From the NCBI GenBank assembly GCA_963727455.1, contig CAVSGG010000017.1:160001-224000 (forward strand): DNA of 64,000 nucleotides, read 5' to 3'. The position numbers were made by a program, and so were the translations under genes. The notes under the pieces were generated by a model, which saw only the letters and a list, made by a program, of their open reading frames with translations, was not told the origin of the DNA and did not search any database. The stretch comes from Candidatus Krumholzibacteriota bacterium. Lineage in GTDB: Bacteria; Krumholzibacteriota; Krumholzibacteriia; JAJRXK01. Of this stretch, positions 46,586-56,705 are shown in pieces (position 1 is the stretch's first letter; every line of letters begins with the position of its first letter).

Positions 46586-47053
46586 CTAGGAACCCAGCAT
46601 GTCCGCCGGCATCTCCACGCATACCACTTTCCCGGTGGCGCACACCACGCCCTCGGCGGATAGCTCGGCTTCCACTACCACCTTGCGCCCCTTGACCTCT
46701 TGGATGGTGCCGCGGATCAATAGCTCAGGACCCATCGGAGTTGGCTTCAGATAATTCACATGCAGGGCAGCCGTCACGAAGCGGGGAATCTGTTCGCCTT
46801 CTTTTCCTCCGCGATGGCGGTGCATGGCGGCGGCGGCGGAGCCAGTACCGTGACAGTCGATGAGAGACGCGATGAGTCCGCCGTATACGTATCCTAGGAT
46901 GGCCGTGTGGTAGGGTTTGGGCTGGAAGGCGCAGACGGTCTGCTCGCCGTCCCAGTAGCTCTTGATCTGGTGCCCGTGCTCGTTCAGAGCTCCACATCCG
47001 TAGCAGTGCTGGACGTCCTCGGGATAGAGATCTTGGAATGCGAGGCTACTCAT
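46586..47053 (-). CDS. PaaI/hot-dog fold thioesterase
   Basis: CYGCG..N.HG, GYVYGG.IASLIDCH and FVTA.L.VNYLKPTP motifs. Confidence 0.88.
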   Translation of the reverse strand: MSSLAFQDLYPEDVQHCYGCGALNEHGHQIKSYWDGEQTVCAFQPKPYHTAILGYVYGGLIASLIDCHGTGSAAAAMHRHRGGKEGEQIPRFVTAALHVNYLKPTPMGPELLIRGTIQEVKGRKVVVEAELSAEGVVCATGKVVCVEMPADMLGS

Positions 47054-48074
47054 GCTTCTCCTCTTCTGATTGTGGGCCTGAGGCCTTCAGATACTCTTGC
47101 AGTTTTTCCTGCTGCTCGATCTTCATCTTGCCTTCGGACACTGCTATGGCGCGCATCTCGGCGAGAGCGGCGCCGACCAGATCCCCGCGGGCAGCGAGCA
47201 CGCTCGCCAGACCATCGAGATGCCCGGGGGCTTCGAATCGCGTGGCGCTGACTGCCAGCTGAGCCGCCTGCACTGCGAGATCGAAGAGCGGGGTGGGGAC
47301 CTCCCCCTCCGCCTTGGTGAGCTTGAGGGCGAGTCCCGTAAAGAGCTTGGGGTCGGCCACGTCGGCGTAGTCCGTCAGGAGGCGGCGGGCCAGTGCAGCC
47401 GCCTCGTCCCACTGCTGCGCCTCCACGGCCTGGTCGAAACGGCTGCGCAGATCCTTGGCCACGCGGCTCTCTTGGAATTCACGGCGCGCCTGTGCCATGT
47501 CGAAATTGCCCGCGAGAAGGGCTTGAATCCTGGGCTCCACGCGATGTGGATTTCCGACCCACAACAGGCGGCCTCGCCCATCCACGAGGAAGGCCTTGGG
47601 CAGACTCATCGTGCCCAAGCGTTGCATCCACTCGTGGACAAAGATCCCCTGCAGCTTCTTGTCGCTCGAGATGCTGGCAGGGAGCCACGCCAGCCGGTAC
47701 TTGATCCTATTCTTGCGGCTCGCGACGAACTTCCTCACCGCGCTGAGTTCGTTACCCCATTTGTCCTCGGACGTGACGCCGATCACCACGAGTCCGTCCC
47801 CCCGATATCGGTCCTGGAGGGATTGGAGCAAGGGCATGCTCGCCAGGCAGGGCGTGCACCAGGTGGCCCAGAGATCGATCAGGTAATAGTGACCCTCTTG
47901 CCAGTTCTCGATGGGATCGCCCTGCAGCCACTCCTGCACTTTCAGGAAGGGCAGGGTGTCCCCTACCGCCAGAGATTGGTTTGCGGTCTGCGCCCGAGAA
48001 CTCCCAACTCCCAAGAGTAGACCGACCAGGACCAGGAAGAGACCATGGCGAACCGTGGCGTGAGGCTGGCTCAT
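47046..48074 (-). CDS. Exported TlpA-family thioredoxin with helical/TPR-like C-terminus
   Basis: ATG 48074 with AGGAG upstream; signal peptide; IDLWATWCTPC active site. Confidence 0.85.
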   Translation of the reverse strand: MSQPHATVRHGLFLVLVGLLLGVGSSRAQTANQSLAVGDTLPFLKVQEWLQGDPIENWQEGHYYLIDLWATWCTPCLASMPLLQSLQDRYRGDGLVVIGVTSEDKWGNELSAVRKFVASRKNRIKYRLAWLPASISSDKKLQGIFVHEWMQRLGTMSLPKAFLVDGRGRLLWVGNPHRVEPRIQALLAGNFDMAQARREFQESRVAKDLRSRFDQAVEAQQWDEAAALARRLLTDYADVADPKLFTGLALKLTKAEGEVPTPLFDLAVQAAQLAVSATRFEAPGHLDGLASVLAARGDLVGAALAEMRAIAVSEGKMKIEQQEKLQEYLKASGPQSEEEKHE

Positions 48075-48245
48075 CGAGGGCGCTCCTTGTTGGGCCGACA
48101 GCTGGACGGGGGAATTGGCGATTCCGTAAGCGGATAGCAATAAACTAAAAGACGAGGGCATTTGCGTCGAGGAGGAACTCTCCCACGGAACGAGACGGGG
48201 AGGGCGGGGCCTGTTAGAGTAGAGAAGGATGGCAGGACGAACGCC

Positions 48246-50504
48246 ATGAGGGGGTCTGCATTGCTGGGCAAGTTCCTGGGTGACTACGAGATCATTGCTT
48301 CTCTCGGTCGTGGAGGAATGGGAGAGGTCTATCGTGCTCGGGACCGCCAGCTGGGGCGCGAGGTCGCCCTCAAACTGCTGCGAGAGGATCTCGGCGCCGA
48401 CCGCAGACTGCTCAGCCGATTGGGGCAGGAAGCGCGCACCCTCGCCAGTCTCAACCATCCCAACATCGCAACTCTCTTCGCGTTCACCCAAGCCGAAGGG
48501 CGCTGGTTCCTGGTGATGGAATTGGTGGAGGGCACCGACCTCCAGGAGCGCCTGCACGAAGGGCCTCTCCACACCGCGCAGGCGATCCACGTGGCCGCGC
48601 AGATCGCCGAGGGCCTGAGCGTCGCGCACGCACACGGCGTGGTGCATCGCGATCTCAAACCGGCCAATGTCAAGCTCACGGAAGATGGGCGGGTGAAGAT
48701 TCTCGATTTCGGTTTGGCCAAATCGGAAGTGCTAACTCAAGACCTAGGGCAGACGGTCCAGTTGGAACTCACCATGGATGGGGCCATCGTGGGCACCCCT
48801 GCCTATCTCGCTCCCGAGCGAATCCGCGGTGAGTCCGGAGATGCCAGAAGCGATATCTTTGCCTTGGGTCTTCTGCTGTATGAAATGCTCAGCGGGACTC
48901 ATCCTTTTCTCAAGTCCAGCCTGTTTGAGACCACCAGTGCCATCTTGAAGGACGAACCCGCTCCCCTCCAGGGACAACCCGAGTGGCTGTCGCGCGTCAT
49001 CGCAGATGCCCTCGAGAAATCAGCCGAAGAGCGCCTGCCCTCGGCCCGGGAGTTTCTCGCGCGGTTGCGATCCGGGGCCAGCCCGGCTTCAGATCAGCGG
49101 ACGATGCAGAGCAGTTCTCCCATCGATTCTCTGGCCGTGCTCCCTTTCCACAACGAGTCTGGCGACGAGGAGGCAAATTACCTCATCGACGGGATCTGCG
49201 ACTCTCTCATCGACAATCTCTCCCAGCTGCCGCGCCTGAAAGTGATGGCGCAGAGCACGGTATTTCGCTGCCGCGATCTCTACGAACGCCCCGACGAGGT
49301 GGGCCGAGAACTGAAGGTGCGCGCGGTGCTCGCCGGGCGCATGCAGAAGCGGGGGGACAAGCTGGTCATCCGCGCCGAGCTCGTGGATGCCCGCGACGGG
49401 ACTCGGTTGTGGGGAGGGCGCTTCGACCGCGCCCTCACCGACGTGCTCGCGATCGAGGGAGAAATCTGTCGGGAGATCACCGACAAGCTGCGCTTCCGAC
49501 TGACCCACGAGGAAAGGAACCGCATCGCGAAGCGTCAGGAGCGGGATCCCCGTGCTCACGACGCCTACATGCAGGGCCGCTTCTTCTGGAAGCGTTGGAA
49601 AACGGTTGACGCCATGTACACGGCAATCCGTTATTTCGAGGAAGCGCTCTCGATCGATCCCCGCTACGCCCTAGCTCATGGTGGACTGGCCGATTGTTAC
49701 AACATCCTGGGGAACATCAAAGCCCTACCGCCCGACGAAGCCTATCCGCGCGCAAAGGACGAAGTACACAAAGGTCTGGCCATCGATGAGAGCCTGGCCG
49801 AACTGCACGCTTCCCTGGGCTTCATCCACCGCCACTGGGACTGGGATTGGGATGCGTCCAATCGTGAACTCCTGCGCGCGATTGAACTCAACCCGGGCTA
49901 TTCTTCTGCACACCGATTCTACGGGCATCTTTTGTGCGGACTGGGTCGTCACGAGGAGGCGATCGCGCGGGTCAAACGAGCTCTCGAGTTGGATCCCCTC
50001 TCGATCCTCCTGCATACCTCGGTGGGTGATACCTATTTTTATGCGCGTCGCTACGAGGAATCAATGCTGTGGTATCGCAAAGCGATGGAATTGGACGAGG
50101 CCTTCATTCCCGCGCACACCGACTTGGCCCGGGCACTGGAACTAGCCGGTCGCTACGAGGAGGCCGAGGCCGAGTTCCTCAAGGCCCAGACTCTCATGCC
50201 GAAGGGTCCTCCGGAACCCTCTTCCGGTCTGGCCCACGTGTATGCGCGGATGGGGCGGCGGAAGGATGCCCTGGCGATCGTGGACCAACTGCTGGAGAAG
50301 TCCAAGACTCGCTACGTGTCGCCCTACGGCATCGCGTCCATCTACGCTTGCATGAACGATGTGGATACCGCCCTGGACTGGCTCGAACGAGCGCATGCAC
50401 AGCACGACCAAACCCTGGTGTGGATCAAGGTGCATCCCCGCCTCGATCCGCTGCGGGGGCACCCTCGTTATGAAGCTCTGCTCGAGAAGATGTCGCTGGA
50501 CTGA
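48246..50504 (+). CDS. Hanks-type Ser/Thr kinase with TolB-N-like and TPR domains
   Basis: LGRGGMGEVY, HRDLKPAN and DFGLAK motifs; SLAVLPF.N domain; TPR repeats (A..LDP/LNP). Confidence 0.92.
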   Translation: MRGSALLGKFLGDYEIIASLGRGGMGEVYRARDRQLGREVALKLLREDLGADRRLLSRLGQEARTLASLNHPNIATLFAFTQAEGRWFLVMELVEGTDLQERLHEGPLHTAQAIHVAAQIAEGLSVAHAHGVVHRDLKPANVKLTEDGRVKILDFGLAKSEVLTQDLGQTVQLELTMDGAIVGTPAYLAPERIRGESGDARSDIFALGLLLYEMLSGTHPFLKSSLFETTSAILKDEPAPLQGQPEWLSRVIADALEKSAEERLPSAREFLARLRSGASPASDQRTMQSSSPIDSLAVLPFHNESGDEEANYLIDGICDSLIDNLSQLPRLKVMAQSTVFRCRDLYERPDEVGRELKVRAVLAGRMQKRGDKLVIRAELVDARDGTRLWGGRFDRALTDVLAIEGEICREITDKLRFRLTHEERNRIAKRQERDPRAHDAYMQGRFFWKRWKTVDAMYTAIRYFEEALSIDPRYALAHGGLADCYNILGNIKALPPDEAYPRAKDEVHKGLAIDESLAELHASLGFIHRHWDWDWDASNRELLRAIELNPGYSSAHRFYGHLLCGLGRHEEAIARVKRALELDPLSILLHTSVGDTYFYARRYEESMLWYRKAMELDEAFIPAHTDLARALELAGRYEEAEAEFLKAQTLMPKGPPEPSSGLAHVYARMGRRKDALAIVDQLLEKSKTRYVSPYGIASIYACMNDVDTALDWLERAHAQHDQTLVWIKVHPRLDPLRGHPRYEALLEKMSLD

Positions 50505-50559
50505 GCCATACTCGGTCGCGCTGCGGCTAGGGGGCTCAGTCGCGCCACTAACAGAACAC

Positions 50560-51669
50560 TCAGGGGCGCAGGTAGTGGCAGGTGTAGCCCCCGGGGTGCT
50601 TCACCAGATAGTCCTGATGGTATTCCTCGGCGCGATAGAAGACCGAGGCTGGCACGATCTCGGTGACCACGGGGTTCTTCCACTTTCCTGACGCGTCTAC
50701 CTCGGCTTTGACTTTCTCGGCGATCTCGCGCTGCTTCTCGCCGTGATAGAAGATCGCCGAACGGTACGAGGTGCCGACGTCGTTTCCCTGCCGGTTCTTG
50801 GTGGTGGGATCGTGCATGCGGAAGAAATATCCGAGGAGTTCCTCGAAGCTGATCTTCGAAGGATCGAAGGTGATCTCAACCGCTTCCGCATGACCGGTCT
50901 TGCCGCTGTGCACTTCCTCGTAGGTGGGATTCTTGGTGGTTCCACCGGTGTAGCCAACGACCGTGTCCACCACTCCGGGGATCTTGCGGAGGATATCCTC
51001 CATGCCCCAGAAGCAACCGCCGGCCAGGGTGGCAATCTCGGTCTTCTGCTTGTCCATGGGGCCTTTCTCCTCGGCAGACTGAAACAGAATCAGGTAGTTT
51101 CCGTAGCCTTCGCTCTTCAACTGCGAGACGGGGATGAAGCGCAGCGCGGCCGAGTTGATGCAATAGCGCAGGCCGTCGGGACCGGGACCGTCGGGAAAGA
51201 CGTGGCCCAGGTGCGAATCGCCGTACTTGGAACGCACTTCGGTGCGCGTCATTCCCAGACTCTTGTCGACATCCTCCGTCACCGCGTCGGACTTCACGGG
51301 ACGGGTGAAGCTGGGCCAACCGCAGCCGGAATCGTATTTGTCCATGGAGGTGAATAGGGGCTCGCCGGAGACCACGTCCACGTAGAGTCCCGCTTCGTGA
51401 TTGTCCCAGTACTCGTTCTGGAAGGCCCTCTCGGTGGCAGATTTCTGGGTCACCTCGTATTGCAGGGGCTTCAGCTCCTTGCGCAGCTTGGCATCGTCAG
51501 GCTTCTGGTAGTGCTTCCAGGAACTATCGGAATTTTCTTTCACCATGGGTCGCTTCGCCGTCTTCTCGGGTTTCTTCGCGCAGGCCGGTGCACTCGCCAG
51601 CATTGCTGCCACGGCCACACCAGCCACTAGGGTCCAGATGGACTGGGATTTCTTGGCTCGGATTTTCAC
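50560..51669 (-). CDS. msrAB: Bifunctional MsrB-MsrA methionine sulfoxide reductase with signal peptide
   Basis: MsrB motifs [19 protein letters not shown] and RYCINS; MsrA motifs GGCFWG, GHAEAV and AEEYHQDY. Confidence 0.93.
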   Translation of the reverse strand: MKIRAKKSQSIWTLVAGVAVAAMLASAPACAKKPEKTAKRPMVKENSDSSWKHYQKPDDAKLRKELKPLQYEVTQKSATERAFQNEYWDNHEAGLYVDVVSGEPLFTSMDKYDSGCGWPSFTRPVKSDAVTEDVDKSLGMTRTEVRSKYGDSHLGHVFPDGPGPDGLRYCINSAALRFIPVSQLKSEGYGNYLILFQSAEEKGPMDKQKTEIATLAGGCFWGMEDILRKIPGVVDTVVGYTGGTTKNPTYEEVHSGKTGHAEAVEITFDPSKISFEELLGYFFRMHDPTTKNRQGNDVGTSYRSAIFYHGEKQREIAEKVKAEVDASGKWKNPVVTEIVPASVFYRAEEYHQDYLVKHPGGYTCHYLRP

Positions 51670-51775
51670 GGCATCCTCCTGAGGGAAATGACGGGGCGCT
51701 CGACTTCTTTGGCTCCGTCTGCTGAACCTACGAAGGAAAGCGCAAGTCGTGACCGCTTATCCCGCCTTCGCGCAC

Positions 51776-52903
51776 TCAGCTCAAGCGCTTCTGGAAGCGT
51801 TGCGCCGCCGAACCAAAGACAAACAAACCCATGCCGGTGAGAATGGCCAGGTCCCGCCACAGATCGAGGAATCCGGCCCCTTTGAGGAAGATCCCGCGTA
51901 CGATGTTCATGATGTAGCGCACCGGATCGGCGGCCGAGATCCACTGGGCCCACTGGGGCATGTTTTCGATGGGATAGAAGAAGCCGCTCATGAGGATTCC
52001 GAAGACCAGAAAGAACCAGACCGTGAGCATTGCCTGCTGCTGGGTCTGCGAGAGGGTCGAAGCTAGAAGTCCCACGCCGAGGGTCACCAGCAGGTAGGCC
52101 ATGCCGGACAGGGCGAGCAGCGGGAGCGATCCCTCCAGGGGCAAATGGAACCAGAGGACGGCCACCACGCCCGCGAAGCAGAACTCGAAGAAGGCCACCA
52201 CCACGAAGGGGATCGTCTTGCCTGCCACGAGCTCGAAGGGGCGCAGCGGACTCACCAGGAGTTGTTCGAGGGTCCCGATTTCCTTCTCCCGCACCACCGC
52301 CATCCCCGTAAGGAGGGAGGAGATGACCGTGATCAAGAGGACGAGGATTCCCGGCACCATGAAGAAGCGGCTCTCGAGCTGGGGATTGTAAAAGAAGCGC
52401 GTGATCCCGGTGACCTGAGCCATACCTTCGGATCCACTCGCGGGCCCAAAGCCTCTCTCGCGCAGCATGCGCTGCGTCTCGCGCGCCACGATGATCTGGG
52501 CATAGCCGCTGGCGCGTCCCGCCACGCTGCTATTCTGTCCGTCCACCGTGATTCCTACCTGCGGCCTCTGCCCTCCGGCAAGATCCTCCGCGAATCCCTT
52601 GGGGATCCAGAGCGTCACCCGCGCGCTTTCGTTGGAAAGGAGGTTCTGCAGTTCCCTCGGGTCGCGAGCCGTGGGACCGGGCACGAAAACGTCACAGTGA
52701 AAGAAGGCCTCCACCAAGCGGCGTGACGCGACGCTCTGGTCCTGGTCGAGCGCAGAGATTGGCACCTTGTGCAAATCGGTATTGGCGGCGTAGGAAAACA
52801 CGAGCAGCTGAACCAGCGGCACCGCGAAGATGATTCGCAACATCCCGGGATCGCGGAAGATTTGCCGGAATTCCTTACGGACGAGGGTTTGCAGTGCACG
52901 CAT
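51776..52903 (-). CDS. ABC-2 type permease (YbhR-like)
   Basis: KEFRQIFRD, REKEIGTLEQL.VSP and GK.IP motifs. Confidence 0.9.
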   Translation of the reverse strand: MRALQTLVRKEFRQIFRDPGMLRIIFAVPLVQLLVFSYAANTDLHKVPISALDQDQSVASRRLVEAFFHCDVFVPGPTARDPRELQNLLSNESARVTLWIPKGFAEDLAGGQRPQVGITVDGQNSSVAGRASGYAQIIVARETQRMLRERGFGPASGSEGMAQVTGITRFFYNPQLESRFFMVPGILVLLITVISSLLTGMAVVREKEIGTLEQLLVSPLRPFELVAGKTIPFVVVAFFEFCFAGVVAVLWFHLPLEGSLPLLALSGMAYLLVTLGVGLLASTLSQTQQQAMLTVWFFLVFGILMSGFFYPIENMPQWAQWISAADPVRYIMNIVRGIFLKGAGFLDLWRDLAILTGMGLFVFGSAAQRFQKRLS

Positions 52904-52907
52904 GGTA

Positions 52908-54026
52908 CTACTCCAAGGTGGCACGGAAACGGCGCGTGGCCGCTCCGGTGAAAACCAGCAAGAGGACGAGCATCACCGCAAGATCGCGTCCGAACCAGAA
53001 TTCGCCCTTCAGGAGAATTCCGTGGACGATGCGGATGTAATGCGTCGCGGGGATTATCTCTCCCACCAACCGCAAGGGGAGGGGCATGCCGCGAAGTTCG
53101 AAGATGAAGCCAGAGAGGATGAGGCTTGGCAGATAGGTCGTGACCAATGCGATCATCATCGCATTGCGCTGCGAGCCTGCGAGTGCGGAGATCAAGAGCC
53201 CCAGAGAGAGCGCGATCATGATGTAAACGAGACTGTAGGCGGCCAGTACCCACCACGAACCGTGCATGGGGACGCCGAAGACCAGCCGACCCACTGCCAG
53301 CACCAGGGAGGCGTCGATGGCACCAAGCCCCACGTAGGGAAGCAGCTTGCCCACGATGACTTGCAGGGGCGTTACCGGAGTGGTCAGTACTTGCTCCAGC
53401 GTGCCCGTCTCCTTCTCGCGGGCGAGGGCGATGCTGGTGAGCAAGGCGCAGATCATCATGAGGATGACGGCCACCAGGCCGGGCACCACGAAGTAGGCGC
53501 TCTCCAGCTCGGGATTGAAGTCGATGCGCAAACGAGGATCGACGGGGATGAGCGATGCCCGCAGCGCGGTAGAAGATCCGCCATTCAATAGCTCTCGATT
53601 GAATTGCTGTAGAACCGTGTTCAGGTAATTGTCCACGGTGGCCGCAGTGGTACCGTCCGCTCCATCGATCAGAATCTGTACGGGAGAGTTTTGGCCCTCA
53701 TCGAGCCGGCGCGCGAAGTGACGGGGGATGACCACAGCTGCGCGAAAGCGACTGGAACGGAAGCCCGCGCCAATCTCCGCCCGCGTTCTCAGCCGCGCGG
53801 CGTCCACGATGAACCCGCTGGAGGTCATGTTGCGGATGAGCGCGCGGCTGGCGGGGCTGTGGTCTTGATCCAAGAAAGCGACAGGGAGGTGCTTGAGCTC
53901 CATGTCGATGGCGAATCCGAAGACGAGGACCATCGCCAGGGGCATCAAAATCGCGACACCGAGACTGCGACGATCGCGCAGTATGTGATAAATCTCTTTG
54001 CGGGCCATGGCGAAGATACGGTTCAT
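52908..54026 (-). CDS. ABC-2 type permease (YbhS-like)
   Basis: KE..HILRD and REKETGTLEQ.L.TP motifs. Confidence 0.9.
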   Translation of the reverse strand: MNRIFAMARKEIYHILRDRRSLGVAILMPLAMVLVFGFAIDMELKHLPVAFLDQDHSPASRALIRNMTSSGFIVDAARLRTRAEIGAGFRSSRFRAAVVIPRHFARRLDEGQNSPVQILIDGADGTTAATVDNYLNTVLQQFNRELLNGGSSTALRASLIPVDPRLRIDFNPELESAYFVVPGLVAVILMMICALLTSIALAREKETGTLEQVLTTPVTPLQVIVGKLLPYVGLGAIDASLVLAVGRLVFGVPMHGSWWVLAAYSLVYIMIALSLGLLISALAGSQRNAMMIALVTTYLPSLILSGFIFELRGMPLPLRLVGEIIPATHYIRIVHGILLKGEFWFGRDLAVMLVLLLVFTGAATRRFRATLE

Positions 54027-54754
54027 GATCCCACCAACTCCAGAAAGACGTCCTGCATGCTCGAGCTTCCGGTGCGTTCCTTGAGTTTCTGCGGGGTGTC
54101 CAGAGCCTCGATTTTGCCGCGAACCATGATCGACACGCGGCCGCAGTACTCGGCTTCGTCCATGTAGTGTGTGGTCACGAAGACCGTGGTGCCTCCATCG
54201 GCCAGCTCGTAGATGAGATCCCAGAACTGCCGGCGCGCTACGGGATCGACCCCGCCGGTGGGTTCGTCGAGAAATACGATCTTGGGCTCGTGCAAGACCG
54301 CGCAGCCCAGGGCCAGGCGCTGCTTGTAGCCCAGAGGAAGCGAGGACGTCATTCTCTCCTGCATCTTGCTCAGATCCAGGCGCGAAACCAACTCGTGCGA
54401 GCGTTCGCGAATCTTGCCGGCATCCATGCCGTAGATCCCTCCGTAAAATTCGAGGTTCTCATGGACGCGCAGATCGTCGTAAAGACTGAAGCGCTGGCTC
54501 ATGTAGCCGATCTTGCGTTTGATTCGTTCGCCGTGCTGGTTGACGGAAAGTCCGCCAACCCAGGCTTCGCCCTCGCTCGGAGCGAGAAGTCCACAGAACA
54601 TGCGGATGGCGGTGGTCTTGCCCGCGCCGTTGGCTCCCAGAAAACCGAAGATCTCGCCCGGTCTCACGGCCAACGAAATTTCGTCGACGGCGGTGAACTC
54701 GCCGAATCGTCGAGTGAGACCCTCCGCGTAGACTGCGTATTCGTCGTGCGTCAC
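54023..54754 (-). CDS. ABC transporter ATP-binding protein
   Basis: GANGAGKT, LPLGYKQR, FLDEPT and TTHYMDEAE motifs. Confidence 0.93.
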   Translation of the reverse strand: MTHDEYAVYAEGLTRRFGEFTAVDEISLAVRPGEIFGFLGANGAGKTTAIRMFCGLLAPSEGEAWVGGLSVNQHGERIKRKIGYMSQRFSLYDDLRVHENLEFYGGIYGMDAGKIRERSHELVSRLDLSKMQERMTSSLPLGYKQRLALGCAVLHEPKIVFLDEPTGGVDPVARRQFWDLIYELADGGTTVFVTTHYMDEAEYCGRVSIMVRGKIEALDTPQKLKERTGSSSMQDVFLELVGS

Positions 54755-55701
54755 CTCGTCACCTCCTGCTGGTGCAGAGTGAGTTCAACGAAGACGTCCT
54801 CGATGGAGGGGCGCATGGGAGAGAGAGTCACGTCGAGCTCGGTGAGGCGCTCGCGGATGGCCTGAAGTTGTTGGTCCTCGTCGTAGACGACGTGCAAGCG
54901 GTCGCCAAAGCGATGCACGGAGAGACGATCGAATCCCAGGAGGTTCTCTCGCGCTTCCCTGAGGTTCTTGCCCGTGAGCTCGAGCAGTCGGCGCGGAAAT
55001 GCGTCGGGTATTGTCTCGGGTGCGCCCTGCACGAGCACGCGCCCCCGGTGCATCAAAACGACACGGTCGCAGAGATCGGCCTCATCCATGTAGGGAGTGC
55101 TTACCAAGAGCGCGAGACCCTCCCCGGCGAGTTCGCGCAAAATGCGCCAGAACTCGCGCCGACTGACGGGGTCGACCCCGGTAGTGGGCTCGTCCAGAAT
55201 CAGAACTTCCGGGGTATGAATCAGAGTGCAGCTCAGAGCGAGTTTCTGTTTCATTCCTCCGGAGAGTTGACCGGCGCGACGCGAGCGGAAATCACCGAGT
55301 TGGCTGAATTCCATCAGGCGCGCCTCCCGGTCCTGGCGGGCTTGGCCGGTGACGCCGAACATGTCTGCGAAGAAGCGTAGGTTTTCGGCCACGCTCAAGT
55401 CCGGGTACAAGCTGAAGCGCTGAGGCATGTAGCCGAGGTGATGCTTGAGTTCACGTGTCTGGCGTTGGCTGTCGAAACTCAGGACCTGTGTGCTGCCCCC
55501 GTCGGGCCGAAGCAGACCACAGACGATGCGCATGGAAGTGGTTTTGCCGGCCCCGTCGGGGCCGATGAGTCCCACGATCTCACCGCGACCTACCTGCAGG
55601 CTGAGCTCATTGACTGCAAGAGTCGCTCCGTAGCTCTTGCGAAGCTCTGCGATCTGAATCGCGGAGCCAGTTTCGTCGATTAGTGTGCGCTCTGCCTTCA
55701 T
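54751..55701 (-). CDS. ABC transporter ATP-binding protein
   Basis: GPDGAGKT, LSGGMKQK and ILDEPT motifs. Confidence 0.93.
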   Translation of the reverse strand: MKAERTLIDETGSAIQIAELRKSYGATLAVNELSLQVGRGEIVGLIGPDGAGKTTSMRIVCGLLRPDGGSTQVLSFDSQRQTRELKHHLGYMPQRFSLYPDLSVAENLRFFADMFGVTGQARQDREARLMEFSQLGDFRSRRAGQLSGGMKQKLALSCTLIHTPEVLILDEPTTGVDPVSRREFWRILRELAGEGLALLVSTPYMDEADLCDRVVLMHRGRVLVQGAPETIPDAFPRRLLELTGKNLREARENLLGFDRLSVHRFGDRLHVVYDEDQQLQAIRERLTELDVTLSPMRPSIEDVFVELTLHQQEVTR

Positions 55702-55709
55702 GTGCGACC

Positions 55710-56705
55710 TCAATCGCCAGCGGCCACGCTGAGACGGACCGCTGCGGGCATGCCGATGTGCAGGCGCCCGTCCGGATTGTCCACCGTCAGCTTCACCGCG
55801 TACACGAGCTGCGCTCGCGCCTTGGCTGTCTGTGCATTCTTGGGAGTGAATTCGGCCTGCGAACTGATCCAGCTCACTCTGCCGCGGAGCTCCTTGCCAC
55901 CCAGGGCGTCCACCAGCACCGGGAGCGTCTGTCCCAATTTCACGCGGTCCAATTCTGGCTCTTCCAAGTAGATGCGCAGCTCCAGCTGACGCAGGTCAGC
56001 CATGCGCAAAGCCAAAGCTCCGGTCCTTCCGAGCTCACCGGGTTCGGCTGTGCGCACGAGGATGGTGCCGTCGGCCGGCGCGAGAAGGATCCCGTCCGCG
56101 ATCTGACGATCCATCACGGCCAGGGAGGCCTCGAGTTCCTTGCGCTGGGCATCCAGTTGAGTCAACCGATCGTGGGCCGCCTCTACCTGGCTAGCAGCGA
56201 CGTCGCGTTGCGCGCTCAGGTCATCCACCTGTTGCTGGGTGACCGAGCCTTGCTCGTGCAGAGTTTTGCTGCGCTTCAGTGTGGTCGAAGCCAGCTCGAG
56301 CCTGCGTTCGCTCTGCCGCAAGGCCTGCTGAGCCTCGCGGGATTGGGCCTCAAGTACCTCGTCCTGGGCCGCCCTCTGCGCGCGCCTTTTCTGGAGCAAA
56401 CCAGTGTCGAGCACGAGCAGAGTGTCGCCCTTGGACACCGTGTCGCCTTCATCTGCTCTCACTTCGAGCACCTGGGCAGTGAGGAGGGGGGATAGGTCCA
56501 CTTCGGTGGCCTCGAGAGTTCCACTCGGATTGGCGAACTCGGCGTTGTTTCCACAGGCGCTGAGTACGGCGCAGAGACAGAAGCTGGCTAAAATCCCCGA
56601 CGCGCCACGCAGCCGTAACCAAGCAAAGGGTAAAATGAAGCGAAGAGTCTGCATCATGGTCTTTCCTTCCGAAGACGGGATCCCGAGTTTGGCTGCGATC
56701 ATCAT
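55710..56705 (-). CDS. HlyD/membrane fusion protein (YbhG-like)
   Basis: Lipobox LSAC; SGTLEATEV; coiled coil; AEFTPKN.QT...R..LVY.VK; L.IGMP. Confidence 0.9.
   Translation of the reverse strand: MMIAAKLGIPSSEGKTMMQTLRFILPFAWLRLRGASGILASFCLCAVLSACGNNAEFANPSGTLEATEVDLSPLLTAQVLEVRADEGDTVSKGDTLLVLDTGLLQKRRAQRAAQDEVLEAQSREAQQALRQSERRLELASTTLKRSKTLHEQGSVTQQQVDDLSAQRDVAASQVEAAHDRLTQLDAQRKELEASLAVMDRQIADGILLAPADGTILVRTAEPGELGRTGALALRMADLRQLELRIYLEEPELDRVKLGQTLPVLVDALGGKELRGRVSWISSQAEFTPKNAQTAKARAQLVYAVKLTVDNPDGRLHIGMPAAVRLSVAAGD

Noticed and set aside
48075-48647. Apparent N-terminal extension of TlpA (533 aa ORF)
   Set aside because: It is antisense to the kinase; the signal peptide and RBS point to a start at 48074.
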